Source of the DNA: Syntrophorhabdaceae bacterium
Lineage (GTDB): Bacteria; Desulfobacterota; Syntrophorhabdia; Syntrophorhabdales; Syntrophorhabdaceae
DNA: 64,000 bases
Direction of reading: 5' to 3'
Assembly: GCA_026415675.1 (NCBI GenBank)
Contig: JAOAGQ010000022.1
Span: 4,087-68,086 of the forward strand
Position 1 is the first letter of the stretch, and each line of letters opens with the position of its first letter. Below the pieces are notes generated by a model that saw nothing but the letters and a program-made list of their open reading frames with translations, searched no databases and was not told the DNA's origin. The translations under genes were made by a program, and so were the position numbers. Shown piece after piece: positions 20,301 through 27,435 of the stretch.

Positions 20301-22050
20301 GGTTTCCCCAGATGGCATAAACTGGTTTCCAAGGTCTCCAAAGACAGGATATACCATAACCGCCCTCGCATGCGGGGGAGATAACATCTTTGCCGTTTCA
20401 AGGGTCGGTAATATCTCCATTTCTTCTGATGGTGTTGAATGGACGGTTAAAAATTCCGGCACATCCCTGTATTCTCTCTCCGATGTTGTATACGGTAATG
20501 GTTTATACGTAGCGGTTGGAGGCAACGGTCTTATCCTCACATCAACAGATGCATCGAATTGGGTTAAAGTAGAAACGGGAAGTAGTTCGTATTTTAAGAA
20601 TGTGGCATTCGGAAATAACAGGTTTGTTGTAACAGGGAATAATGGGGCAACGCTATACTCTACGAACGGTGTTTCCTGGAATGCGTTGAATAAGGGGGAT
20701 AACGGTTGGATCACAGGTATAGCTTACGGGAATGGAGTCTATGTCGCAGTAGGCGATGGGATCATCTCCTCTCATGACCGGAAGAACTGGACAAAAAGGG
20801 CATCGGGGACCTTCTATGGTATCTCTTTTGTTAACAACAGGTTTGTAGCGGTCGGACATTACGATCTCCTCCTTACCTCTAATGACGGTATTGATTGGAA
20901 GACGCAAAATATACCAAAAAATAGCGCTAACCTCTATGGGGTGGCTTTCGGCAAGTATCGTTATGTGGCCGTTGGAGGGACAAATACGGGGATTATCATT
21001 ACTTCCTCGGATGCCTCTGCCTGGTCAAATGTCGATATGGGACAACAGAATGTTTTGAGTCTCTTCGGATTTAGTGGCGTTGCATACGGAGAAGATGGGG
21101 CAGGGAATGGAAGGTTTGTTGCGGTAGGTAATGGCTGGGATGGAGAGAAGTGGAGCGGCATTATTTTCACCTCTAATGATGGACTCAAATGGACATTAAA
21201 AGAATACGGCCATTATAATGCCTTTCACGATGTGATTTACGTAGATAACGCCTTCTATGTGATAGGGGGCGTGATATTAAGAACTACAGATTTAGGTGAG
21301 TCGTGGCAGAAGATAAGTGACTATGGTGGTTATGGATTGGGTTACGGGAATAACACCCTTATCGCCACAGGGGATAGTGGCACAATATATACTTCTACCG
21401 ACAGGGGCTTAACCTGGAATACATACAGATTGCCTACGGGCTTATCACTGACAAAGGCGGTCTTTGGGGATGGGAGATGGCTTGTTGTGGGAGAGAATGG
21501 AACGATTATGGAATCTTTATCCACCACTTCCATTTCAGGGATGGTTCTCTCAAAGGGTTGGAATTTCTTATCATTTCCTCTTCTGCCTGCAGAAAGTATA
21601 AAAGTTGAGGAGATGCTGTCGGGGTATATGCCCGCCGTGAGACTTGTATGGGGCTATGATAATAGGTCAAAGGAATGGCAGTTATGGAAGCTCAACAATC
21701 AAAGTCAGATGTTCAAGATATTAAATACCCTTGAATCTGGAAAGGGATACTGGGTATATATGGATAGCCCTTCCGTACTCGATATATCAAACTGGAATGA
21801 AGGTCCAAGGAGAATCAGCCTTTCTCCAGGATGGAATTTGGTAGGCTGGAACGGAGAGAACGGAAAGTCGGTGAAAGATGCCCTCTCTTCCCTCAACGAC
21901 TGGATAATCCTCTGGGGCTGGGATAACGGTGTATGGAAGGCAAAACAGAGTAACCAAAACGTAACCATAAACGTTACCCCTTTAGAAATATTGCAAAACG
22001 GTAAGGCATACTGGATATGGATGGGGAAAGGGGGAGATTGGGAAGAGTAA
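17374..22050 (+). CDS. giant secreted Asp-box (BNR-like) beta-propeller repeat protein: 14 blades, FN3, InlB-B-repeat-like domain, 14 blades, shared C-terminal domain
   Basis: 1558 aa with GTG start and a hydrophobic N-terminal segment. There are 28 repeats of about 40 aa of the form L.GV.YG.G.FVAVG..G.ILTS.DG..W, with Asp-box-like S-x-D-x-G-x-x-W. The FN3-like segment is SATITWKT...YYFRI. The Cys-containing B-repeat-like segment is YVLTITKKGSGTAEI...C..LGC...W.EEC...C. Confidence 0.8.
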   Translation: MEKEEESERIAGYGEKTLNITASCFLFICLTLVFPILLYAESILTWHYRNPIPQGNPLRGVSYGGGVYLAVGDGGTVVSSPDGINWNLLNSGVNEDIIGIAYGKGIFVAVTRGDYYTGSKILVSSDCGNTWTSIDKGGYNLQDVTFISGGTFGDGIFIVSGRDNGNGKAAIITATNPSLIDGWVAQNSVQSVTDTSLLHKVVGGVTQSGEIVIVGVGAGGTIVTSSNGIDWVKVSSVSGEDLLDVAYGGGIFVAVGVNGKVLSSPDGNNWNPNDIGTLGTVRGVAYGGGRFISVLEKGKVATSTDGKSWTSKGSGVFNDLFSVCYGTQFVAVGENGAILTSPDGITWTVRSGDVLGNMYYRTLRGIVYADGLFVVVGDVGTILTSPDGVKWTKRYTLTDKNLYGISYGEGRFVAVGDKGTILTSTDGIEWVERYSGVENNLRGVTFGKGIFVAVGEKGSDDLRYAAILTSVDGTTWSAQNSGVSMDLQDIAYGSGIFAAIGTGGQTLVLTSNDGVGWTKKDTSGYVGFNSIVYGDGRFIGVGFYGKWMGSTNGIDWPISNLNVDLRSILYINQTFLAVGGTGNDENVFYPEGQTWKTIKTGIPAVLYGVAFGNDTFVAVGTNGTIIQSDRFPYAPLHPAAFEVNVPPHTISENSATITWKTQTPTVGQIEYRREGTDVWKTAMELSQRTEHSVTIDMLTPDTVYYFRIIGLDKNGETTKSAEYSFMTVPVHYVLTITKKGSGTAEIFAEGLSCNDLGCKGSYSRGRRVEIKLSPRIDSTILFWTEECRGAKDTCTVSMDSDINLTVLLGKVRIPNGEPLNTWVFRNPVPQGNTINALSFGGDIFVAVGDYGTILTSPDGNGWTKRYADTTENLVGVGYGNGLFVAVDRKGAIIISPDGIKWTKILEGKESIYLSYAPVAYGNGLFVVQTYKAYLVSTNGIDWITTSGSTQFIDMIFCNGLFLGGTGSEYGGNAVIQVSPDGINWFPRSPKTGYTITALACGGDNIFAVSRVGNISISSDGVEWTVKNSGTSLYSLSDVVYGNGLYVAVGGNGLILTSTDASNWVKVETGSSSYFKNVAFGNNRFVVTGNNGATLYSTNGVSWNALNKGDNGWITGIAYGNGVYVAVGDGIISSHDRKNWTKRASGTFYGISFVNNRFVAVGHYDLLLTSNDGIDWKTQNIPKNSANLYGVAFGKYRYVAVGGTNTGIIITSSDASAWSNVDMGQQNVLSLFGFSGVAYGEDGAGNGRFVAVGNGWDGEKWSGIIFTSNDGLKWTLKEYGHYNAFHDVIYVDNAFYVIGGVILRTTDLGESWQKISDYGGYGLGYGNNTLIATGDSGTIYTSTDRGLTWNTYRLPTGLSLTKAVFGDGRWLVVGENGTIMESLSTTSISGMVLSKGWNFLSFPLLPAESIKVEEMLSGYMPAVRLVWGYDNRSKEWQLWKLNNQSQMFKILNTLESGKGYWVYMDSPSVLDISNWNEGPRRISLSPGWNLVGWNGENGKSVKDALSSLNDWIILWGWDNGVWKAKQSNQNVTINVTPLEILQNGKAYWIWMGKGGDWEE
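17509..19260 (+). repeat. propeller super-module 1 (14 blades)
   Basis: It starts with WHYRNPIPQGN. I counted 14 successive blades, each ending in a DG..W-type motif. Confidence 0.7.
19837..21519 (+). repeat. propeller super-module 2 (14 blades)
   Basis: It starts with WVFRNPVPQGN, the same entry motif as module 1, and again has 14 blades. Confidence 0.7.
21529..22047 (+). repeat. shared C-terminal domain, copy 3
   Basis: aa 1386-1558 of the giant protein, with GWNFLSFP, LVWGYDNRSKEW, GKGYWVYM, GWNLVGW, ILWGWDNGVWKAK and GKAYWIWM. Confidence 0.85.
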
Positions 22051-22109
22051 ATACAATAAAGGGGTATGAACGAAGGCTTATTAAATAAAAATCAAGAGGG
22101 GAAGAAGGC

Positions 22110-22742
22110 ATGCTTATCTATGTGGTAAGGCACGGTGAGACCGAATACAATAGAGAGGAGATTTTTCGGGGCAGGAAGGACATCCCTTTAAATGATGCCG
22201 GCATAGAACAGGCAAGGAAAACAGGTCTTTTTTTTAAAGATAAGGGGATAAGGAGGATATTTACAAGCCCCCTTTTAAGGGCAAAGAAGACTGCGGAGGT
22301 TATAGGTACCACTATCCATACCCCTATTGAGGTTTTAGAGGATCTAACGGATATGGATTTCGGGATATGGGAGGGGGTTACCCTTAAAGAGATCATGAGA
22401 TTATATCCCGACGATTTTTCCCGCTGGAGAGATAGTCCCCATAGGTTCAGAGTAAAAGGTGGGGAAAGTCTAAATAGGGTGAGAAAAAGGATAAAGGGTG
22501 CAATGGAGCACATCTGTTCTTTCGGGGATTACAGTTATATCATAGTAACCCACAGGGTTTTATGTAAGATCATGATACTTTACGCCTTAAACGTCTCTAA
22601 CAGCCACTTCTGGGGTATTAAATTTGATCCTGCCTCAATTAGTCTGATTGAGCAAAGGGATAACGGTATGTTTGTCCATTTCGTAAACGACACATGCCAT
22701 CTTAAAGACGGCATAACAGATAGTGCTTATAGGGATTTTTAA
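22110..22742 (+). CDS. histidine phosphatase family protein (phosphoglycerate mutase / alpha-ribazole phosphatase-like)
   Basis: N-terminal catalytic motif VVRHGETEYN (RHG) and a later VTHRV His motif. 210 aa. Confidence 0.8.
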   Translation: MLIYVVRHGETEYNREEIFRGRKDIPLNDAGIEQARKTGLFFKDKGIRRIFTSPLLRAKKTAEVIGTTIHTPIEVLEDLTDMDFGIWEGVTLKEIMRLYPDDFSRWRDSPHRFRVKGGESLNRVRKRIKGAMEHICSFGDYSYIIVTHRVLCKIMILYALNVSNSHFWGIKFDPASISLIEQRDNGMFVHFVNDTCHLKDGITDSAYRDF

Positions 22743-22838
22743 ATTGTGAAAAACGCTTCACTAAAATTGATTTTTTTTGTATACTTCCATAGGGCTTCAA
22801 TGGATTTACAAAAAAATCGTAGTTAATGGAGGAAGAGG

Positions 22839-23651
22839 ATGAAGGTATCGAGAAGAGAACTTTTAAAGGGTGTAGGGGCATTGACCGTCGGGGCAGGTCT
22901 CGGTGGGTTTTCTCTTGCGGTGGCAAATGGTGTTATGGCTCAGGACGAAAAAAAGGTTCAAACATTGCCTGATCTACCGTGGCCTTATAAGAAACTGGAT
23001 CCTGTACTTGCTGCAGAGGATGGATACGCAGGTTACTATAAGGGCGCATGCTCCTATGGTGTATTTGAAAGTATAGTGGGTCAGTTGAGAAAAGAGGTCG
23101 GTTTTCCCTATACAATGGTGCCTACCACCCTTCTTGTTGTGGGTCAGGGAGGTATGGCCGATACGGCTTCCCTCTGCGGTGCCCTCACCGGTGCTGCCAG
23201 TGCGATCTTCCTTGTGGCAGGGGGGCTTGATCCGAAGAAGAGAGAGGTGGCGTATAAGATCATTCAGGAGGTGTTTCTGTGGTACGAGCAGACGGCCCTG
23301 CCCGACTACAAGCCTAATAAGCCGAGGTTTGAAAGTATAGCAAAGTCCGTATCGAACTCAACCCTCTGCCATGTATCGATATCGAGATGGTGTAAGGTTT
23401 CTAAATTCAAGGCATTCTCAAAGGAGAGGTCTGACCGTTGCGGATGGATAACCGCTGCGGTGGCAAAATATACGGTGGAGATGTTGAACAAACATGCGGA
23501 CACCACCTTTAAAACCATCCACACCCTTTCCCCTGAATCGCAGAAGTGCAGGAGCTGCCATGACAGGGGAAGCGTACTGGAAAACACAAGGGGAATAATG
23601 GATTGTGGCGGATGCCATTTCTCGCCAAAGAAGGAACACCCCAAGATTTAG
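22839..23651 (+). CDS. Tat-signal C_GCAxxG_C_C-family protein with two C-terminal CxxCH haem-c motifs (split-Soret cytochrome c-like)
   Basis: Twin-arginine leader SRRELLKG...VMA-QD. CGALTGAAS matches the C-GCAxxG core, with further Cys in CHVSISRWC. The C-terminus carries CRSCH and CGGCH. The family name is from memory of Desulfovibrio split-Soret cytochrome and is not verified. Confidence 0.6.
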   Translation: MKVSRRELLKGVGALTVGAGLGGFSLAVANGVMAQDEKKVQTLPDLPWPYKKLDPVLAAEDGYAGYYKGACSYGVFESIVGQLRKEVGFPYTMVPTTLLVVGQGGMADTASLCGALTGAASAIFLVAGGLDPKKREVAYKIIQEVFLWYEQTALPDYKPNKPRFESIAKSVSNSTLCHVSISRWCKVSKFKAFSKERSDRCGWITAAVAKYTVEMLNKHADTTFKTIHTLSPESQKCRSCHDRGSVLENTRGIMDCGGCHFSPKKEHPKI

Positions 23652-23663
23652 TTGTGATGATAT

Positions 23664-23707
23664 GGGGGGGCCTGGATTACCCTTTTTTATCCGGCTCCCC
23701 CTTTTTA
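23664..23707 (+). terminator. probable rho-independent terminator
   Basis: GGGGGGGCCTGG (23664-23675) pairs with CCGGCTCCCCC (23691-23701), giving 11 bp with one bulge and one G-U. The loop is 15 nt and a T5 run follows. Confidence 0.5.
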
Positions 23708-23729
23708 ATCAGACCTTTTTAAGATTCCT

Positions 23730-25019
23730 TTAGCCGTTTATGGCCTCAAGTCTAATCTTTTTGATCCTTCTCCCCTCCATATTGACCACGGTGAGCTTGT
23801 AACGGTCTGTGTACACTATCTCTCCCCCTTTTGGTATAACCTGTAGTTTTGAGAGAACAAGGCCGCTTAACGTCTCATAGTCAGGGGACTCCTCAAGGGC
23901 TAAATGTAACATGTTGTTTAAATCCCTGATAGAGTAAGAGGCGTCGATTATTAATGAGCCGTCTTTTAACCTTTCAATCCTGTCATCCACGTCGGTCTCG
24001 TCCATTATTTCACCGAATATCTCTTCCATTATGTCCTCAAGGGTGATGATGCCCACGGTTGTTCCGTACTCATCGACCACGATGGCCATGTGTTGTCGTC
24101 TCTTCTGCATCTCCTTTAAAAGTAGACTGACCCCCATGGTCTCGGGGACAAAATAGGGTTTTTTTAGGATACTCGGTAGATCAAAGCGCTTCTGGAGTAA
24201 AGTCTGTTTTGTTATATCCTTATGGTAGACAATACCGATGATATTGTCGAGGTTGTCTTTATACACGGGGTAACGGGAGAACTCATTTTCCACCACATAT
24301 CTTAAAATCTCATCCCTCCCCATTTCTATATCTATGCTGTAAATGTTTGGTTTTGGGACCATCACTTCCTTTACGGATCTATCTGAGAATTGGAATACAC
24401 TGTGGATCAACTCCTCTTCCGTTTTATCAAAGACACCCTTTCTCCGTCCTTCCTCAAGGAGTATCTTTATCTCACTCTCCCCCACCTGTTCCTCCGACTT
24501 CTTCAGTTTCAACGAGTTTACGACGAACATCGTTGAACGGGTGAGAAAAGCCACAAAAATAAATAAGACCCTTGTTGTAAACTCGAAAATGGGAAGAACG
24601 AAGAGGGCCACCCTTTCTTTATAATTGATACCGATATATTTTGGTACGAGCTCCCCGAAGATCAGAAACACGTAGGTTAAAAGTACCACGACGATAATAA
24701 GGGCCAGCGTATCGTCCATGGCTTTCACAAAGGGTATTCCGTGGAAAAGAGGTTTTATGTATTTAACAGAGATGGTGCCCCCTATCGCTGAGGCGAGGGT
24801 ACCGAATAAGGTTATCCCTATCTGGACCGCCGATAAAAATCTCTCCGGATTCTCCTGTATAGATAGGAGACGGGCTGCCTGCTTATCCTTCTTCTCTTTT
24901 AAGAGTTCTTTTGCTTTACTCTTTCTCAGGGAGATGAGGGCTATTTCCCCTGCTGAGAAGATACCGTTTAGGATTACAAGCAGTACGATAATGATGGTTA
25001 ATAGAATGAGGTTATCCAA
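23730..25019 (-). CDS. hemolysin-family / CNNM (DUF21-CBS-CorC_HlyC) transporter-associated protein
   Basis: 429 aa. It has an N-terminal 4-TM DUF21 region, a tandem CBS pair (VMVPKPNIYSI..., IVVDEYGTTVGIITLEDI) and a C-terminal CorC/HlyC domain. Confidence 0.85.
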   Translation of the reverse strand: MDNLILLTIIIVLLVILNGIFSAGEIALISLRKSKAKELLKEKKDKQAARLLSIQENPERFLSAVQIGITLFGTLASAIGGTISVKYIKPLFHGIPFVKAMDDTLALIIVVVLLTYVFLIFGELVPKYIGINYKERVALFVLPIFEFTTRVLFIFVAFLTRSTMFVVNSLKLKKSEEQVGESEIKILLEEGRRKGVFDKTEEELIHSVFQFSDRSVKEVMVPKPNIYSIDIEMGRDEILRYVVENEFSRYPVYKDNLDNIIGIVYHKDITKQTLLQKRFDLPSILKKPYFVPETMGVSLLLKEMQKRRQHMAIVVDEYGTTVGIITLEDIMEEIFGEIMDETDVDDRIERLKDGSLIIDASYSIRDLNNMLHLALEESPDYETLSGLVLSKLQVIPKGGEIVYTDRYKLTVVNMEGRRIKKIRLEAING

Positions 25020-25070
25020 ATCCCATGTCCTTAAATCACGAAACCCCGCTTCTTCTTATTTAGTAACCAT

Positions 25071-26648
25071 CTATCTCAGTTTGAACCTCTGTATCTTCCC
25101 TGTTGAGCTTTTAGGTAACTCGGTGACAAATTCGACCCATCTCGGGTATTTGTATTTTGCCATACGGTCGAGTACCCACTGCTTAAGCTCTTTTTCCAGT
25201 TCCTCCGATGGGCTATACCCCTCCCTTAATACTACATATGCCTTAGGTTTTACGAGGTCCTTTTCATCTTTTTTACCCACAACAGCCACTTCCCGAACGG
25301 CAGGGTGTTCCATCATGCAGTTCTCCACTTCAACGGGGGAGACCCATATCCCCCCTACCTTCAGCATATCATCCCCGCGACCTGCACAGAAATAATACCC
25401 GTCTTTATCCACATAATATTTGTCGCCGGTATTTATCCATTCTCCCTGCATGGTAAGCCTCGTCTTCTCCCTCTTCCTCCAGTACTGCTGGGCGGCACTT
25501 CCACCTTTTACAAGGAGGGTCCCTATCTCACCCTGAGGTACCTCTCTTCCTTCATCGTCAACAAGTTTTAGTTCATAACCTGGCACAGGTTTCCCCGTGG
25601 AACCTGGTTTTATATCGCCGGGCCTATTGGACAGAAAGATATGGAGCATCTCTGTGGAGCCTATACCGTCGAGTATGTCTATCCCGAACCTCTTCTTCCA
25701 TCTGTAGTAAATATCTGTAGGTAAAGCCTCACCGGCGGATACGCAGATCCTCACCGATGAAAATTCATGGTTTGCGTTAGGGTCCGGGGTTATGCCTTTC
25801 TCTTTATCCCTCTTCTCCACAAATTCGAGAATCTGTCCGTATAGTGTTGGTATGCCAAAGAAAACCGTTGGTCTGAAACGCTCCAGGTGCTTTAACACAT
25901 TATCAGGCTTTGGCGGCTGAGGATTGAGGACAACGGAGGCACCAACGGAGAAGGGGAGGTATCCCGAATTCCCGAGACCATAAGCAAAAAAGAGCCTTGC
26001 CGCAGAAAAGAGGATATCATCCTCTCTCAAGCCCAGGACACCCTGTCCGTATGATTCTGAAACGACGAGCATATCGTTCTGTGAATGGATCGCCCCTTTC
26101 GGAGAGCCCGTTGAACCCGAACTGTATAGCCAAAAAGCCACATCGTCCTTTGTCGTGTACTCCGTCTTTATCGTCTCCGGGGCGTGTCTGTATTTCTGCT
26201 TAAAAGGTATATGGGCCCCTTCCTTCTCTGATATCACTATCATGTCCCTGAGATAACGGAGGTCCCCCTTTATGTTTCTTATCACAGGGAGGAGTTCTTC
26301 AGAGATCACGAGGCATCTCGCCCTGCTGTCGTTTAAATAGTATTCATAATCGTCAGGGGTAAGCATGGTATTTAAGGGGATAGGAACAGCCCCTATCTTT
26401 ATAGCGCCATAGAATATCGCATAGAACTGGGGTACATCGAGCATGATGATGATCACCCTGTCATCAACCCGTATTCCCAGCTCCCTCAACGCATTGGCCG
26501 TTTTGTTAACCATCTTCTGGATGTCGTTGTAAGTATAATTTCTGTACTCTGTATAGACCGCTATTTTGTGACCCCTTCCCTGTCTTATGTTTCTGTCTAT
26601 AAAATAGTCCGCTACATTAAAGAAATCACCATATTCACCGTGGATCAT
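25071..26648 (-). CDS. benzoate-CoA ligase family AMP-forming acyl-CoA synthetase
   Basis: The N-terminus FNVADYFIDRNIRQGRGHKIA is typical of (hydroxy)benzoate-CoA ligases. AMP-binding motifs are LYSSGSTGSPKG, TGDKY and PKSSTGKIQR. Confidence 0.8.
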   Translation of the reverse strand: MIHGEYGDFFNVADYFIDRNIRQGRGHKIAVYTEYRNYTYNDIQKMVNKTANALRELGIRVDDRVIIIMLDVPQFYAIFYGAIKIGAVPIPLNTMLTPDDYEYYLNDSRARCLVISEELLPVIRNIKGDLRYLRDMIVISEKEGAHIPFKQKYRHAPETIKTEYTTKDDVAFWLYSSGSTGSPKGAIHSQNDMLVVSESYGQGVLGLREDDILFSAARLFFAYGLGNSGYLPFSVGASVVLNPQPPKPDNVLKHLERFRPTVFFGIPTLYGQILEFVEKRDKEKGITPDPNANHEFSSVRICVSAGEALPTDIYYRWKKRFGIDILDGIGSTEMLHIFLSNRPGDIKPGSTGKPVPGYELKLVDDEGREVPQGEIGTLLVKGGSAAQQYWRKREKTRLTMQGEWINTGDKYYVDKDGYYFCAGRGDDMLKVGGIWVSPVEVENCMMEHPAVREVAVVGKKDEKDLVKPKAYVVLREGYSPSEELEKELKQWVLDRMAKYKYPRWVEFVTELPKSSTGKIQRFKLR

Positions 26649-26762
26649 CTTCTCTCCTTTCTTCGATTCATTCTTTACAAAGGCGTATATTATAGCATAA
26701 CCCCATGGTTTTTGAAATAACCATTATCTTACCGTTCTCGGTTAAACATAGTAAATCCATGC

Positions 26763-26790
26763 TTGACACCTCCCCTCTGCGGGGTATATA
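26763..26790 (+). promoter_or_regulatory. sigma70-type promoter for the NYN-like gene / helicase pair
   Basis: TTGACA (26763-26768), 16 nt, TATATA (26785-26790). GAGAGAGGA Shine-Dalgarno lies before ATG 26810. Confidence 0.5.
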
Positions 26791-26809
26791 TAAGAGAGAG
26801 GACAAAACG

Positions 26810-27397
26810 ATGAAGCTCATACTTATGATAGATTACGAAAATATTCAGGGAATAAGCTTAAATGGCATTGATCCGGAAAGGGTAGAGGTCTGGTTTTTTG
26901 TGGGTAAATCACAGAATAAGATACCCTTTGAACTTGTAGAGTCCACCCAGCCATTCGGAAAATCATTGAAATGGATAAAGATAGAGGGAAACGGGAAAAA
27001 CAACCTGGACTTTCATATGATTTTTGAACTGGGAAGGCTCACCTCTGAAAGAGAAGTTCCAAAAGATATATACATACTCTCAAAAGACAAAGGGTTTGAT
27101 CCTGTTATCCAATATGCAAACAAATTTGGCCTCAAGGCAAAGAGGATAGTCAGCCTCTCCCAGTTGCCCTCCTCTGATTTGGGAATGCCAAAGTCGGACC
27201 ATACGGCAGCGGTCATTATAAACCTCTCAAAGATACCACCCCCGAGAAGACCGAGGACAAGGGCGTCCCTTGCCATGCATCTTAAAAACACCTTTTCCGG
27301 GAGAATGGAAGAAAGGGAGATAGAGACCATTGTGGAACAGCTTTTCATAGAGGGTAAAATTTCCGAAAGCGGAAACCGTTTGAAATATGAGTTGTAA
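26810..27397 (+). CDS. NYN/LabA-like (PIN-like) putative nuclease domain protein with small C-terminal domain
   Basis: 195 aa from ATG 26810; the track ORF from 26705 overruns the promoter. The NYN-like layout is LILMIDYENIQ, then GKNNLDFHM, then ILSKDKGFDP. A helical tail of about 50 aa follows. The assignment is by motif pattern only. Confidence 0.5.
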   Translation: MKLILMIDYENIQGISLNGIDPERVEVWFFVGKSQNKIPFELVESTQPFGKSLKWIKIEGNGKNNLDFHMIFELGRLTSEREVPKDIYILSKDKGFDPVIQYANKFGLKAKRIVSLSQLPSSDLGMPKSDHTAAVIINLSKIPPPRRPRTRASLAMHLKNTFSGRMEEREIETIVEQLFIEGKISESGNRLKYEL

Positions 27398-27435
27398 ACA
27401 TAAGAGACTATCCTGATATATACGACATAACTGCC

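Noticed and set aside
24718-25395. 225-aa + strand ORF
   Set aside because: It is antisense to the CNNM/hemolysin-family gene and the benzoate-CoA ligase gene, bridging their intergenic gap. It is a shadow ORF.
26705-26809. 35-codon N-terminal extension of the NYN-like ORF in the track
   Set aside because: The extension overlaps a TTGACA-16-TATATA promoter and lacks a Shine-Dalgarno. ATG 26810 has one, and the conserved domain starts right there.
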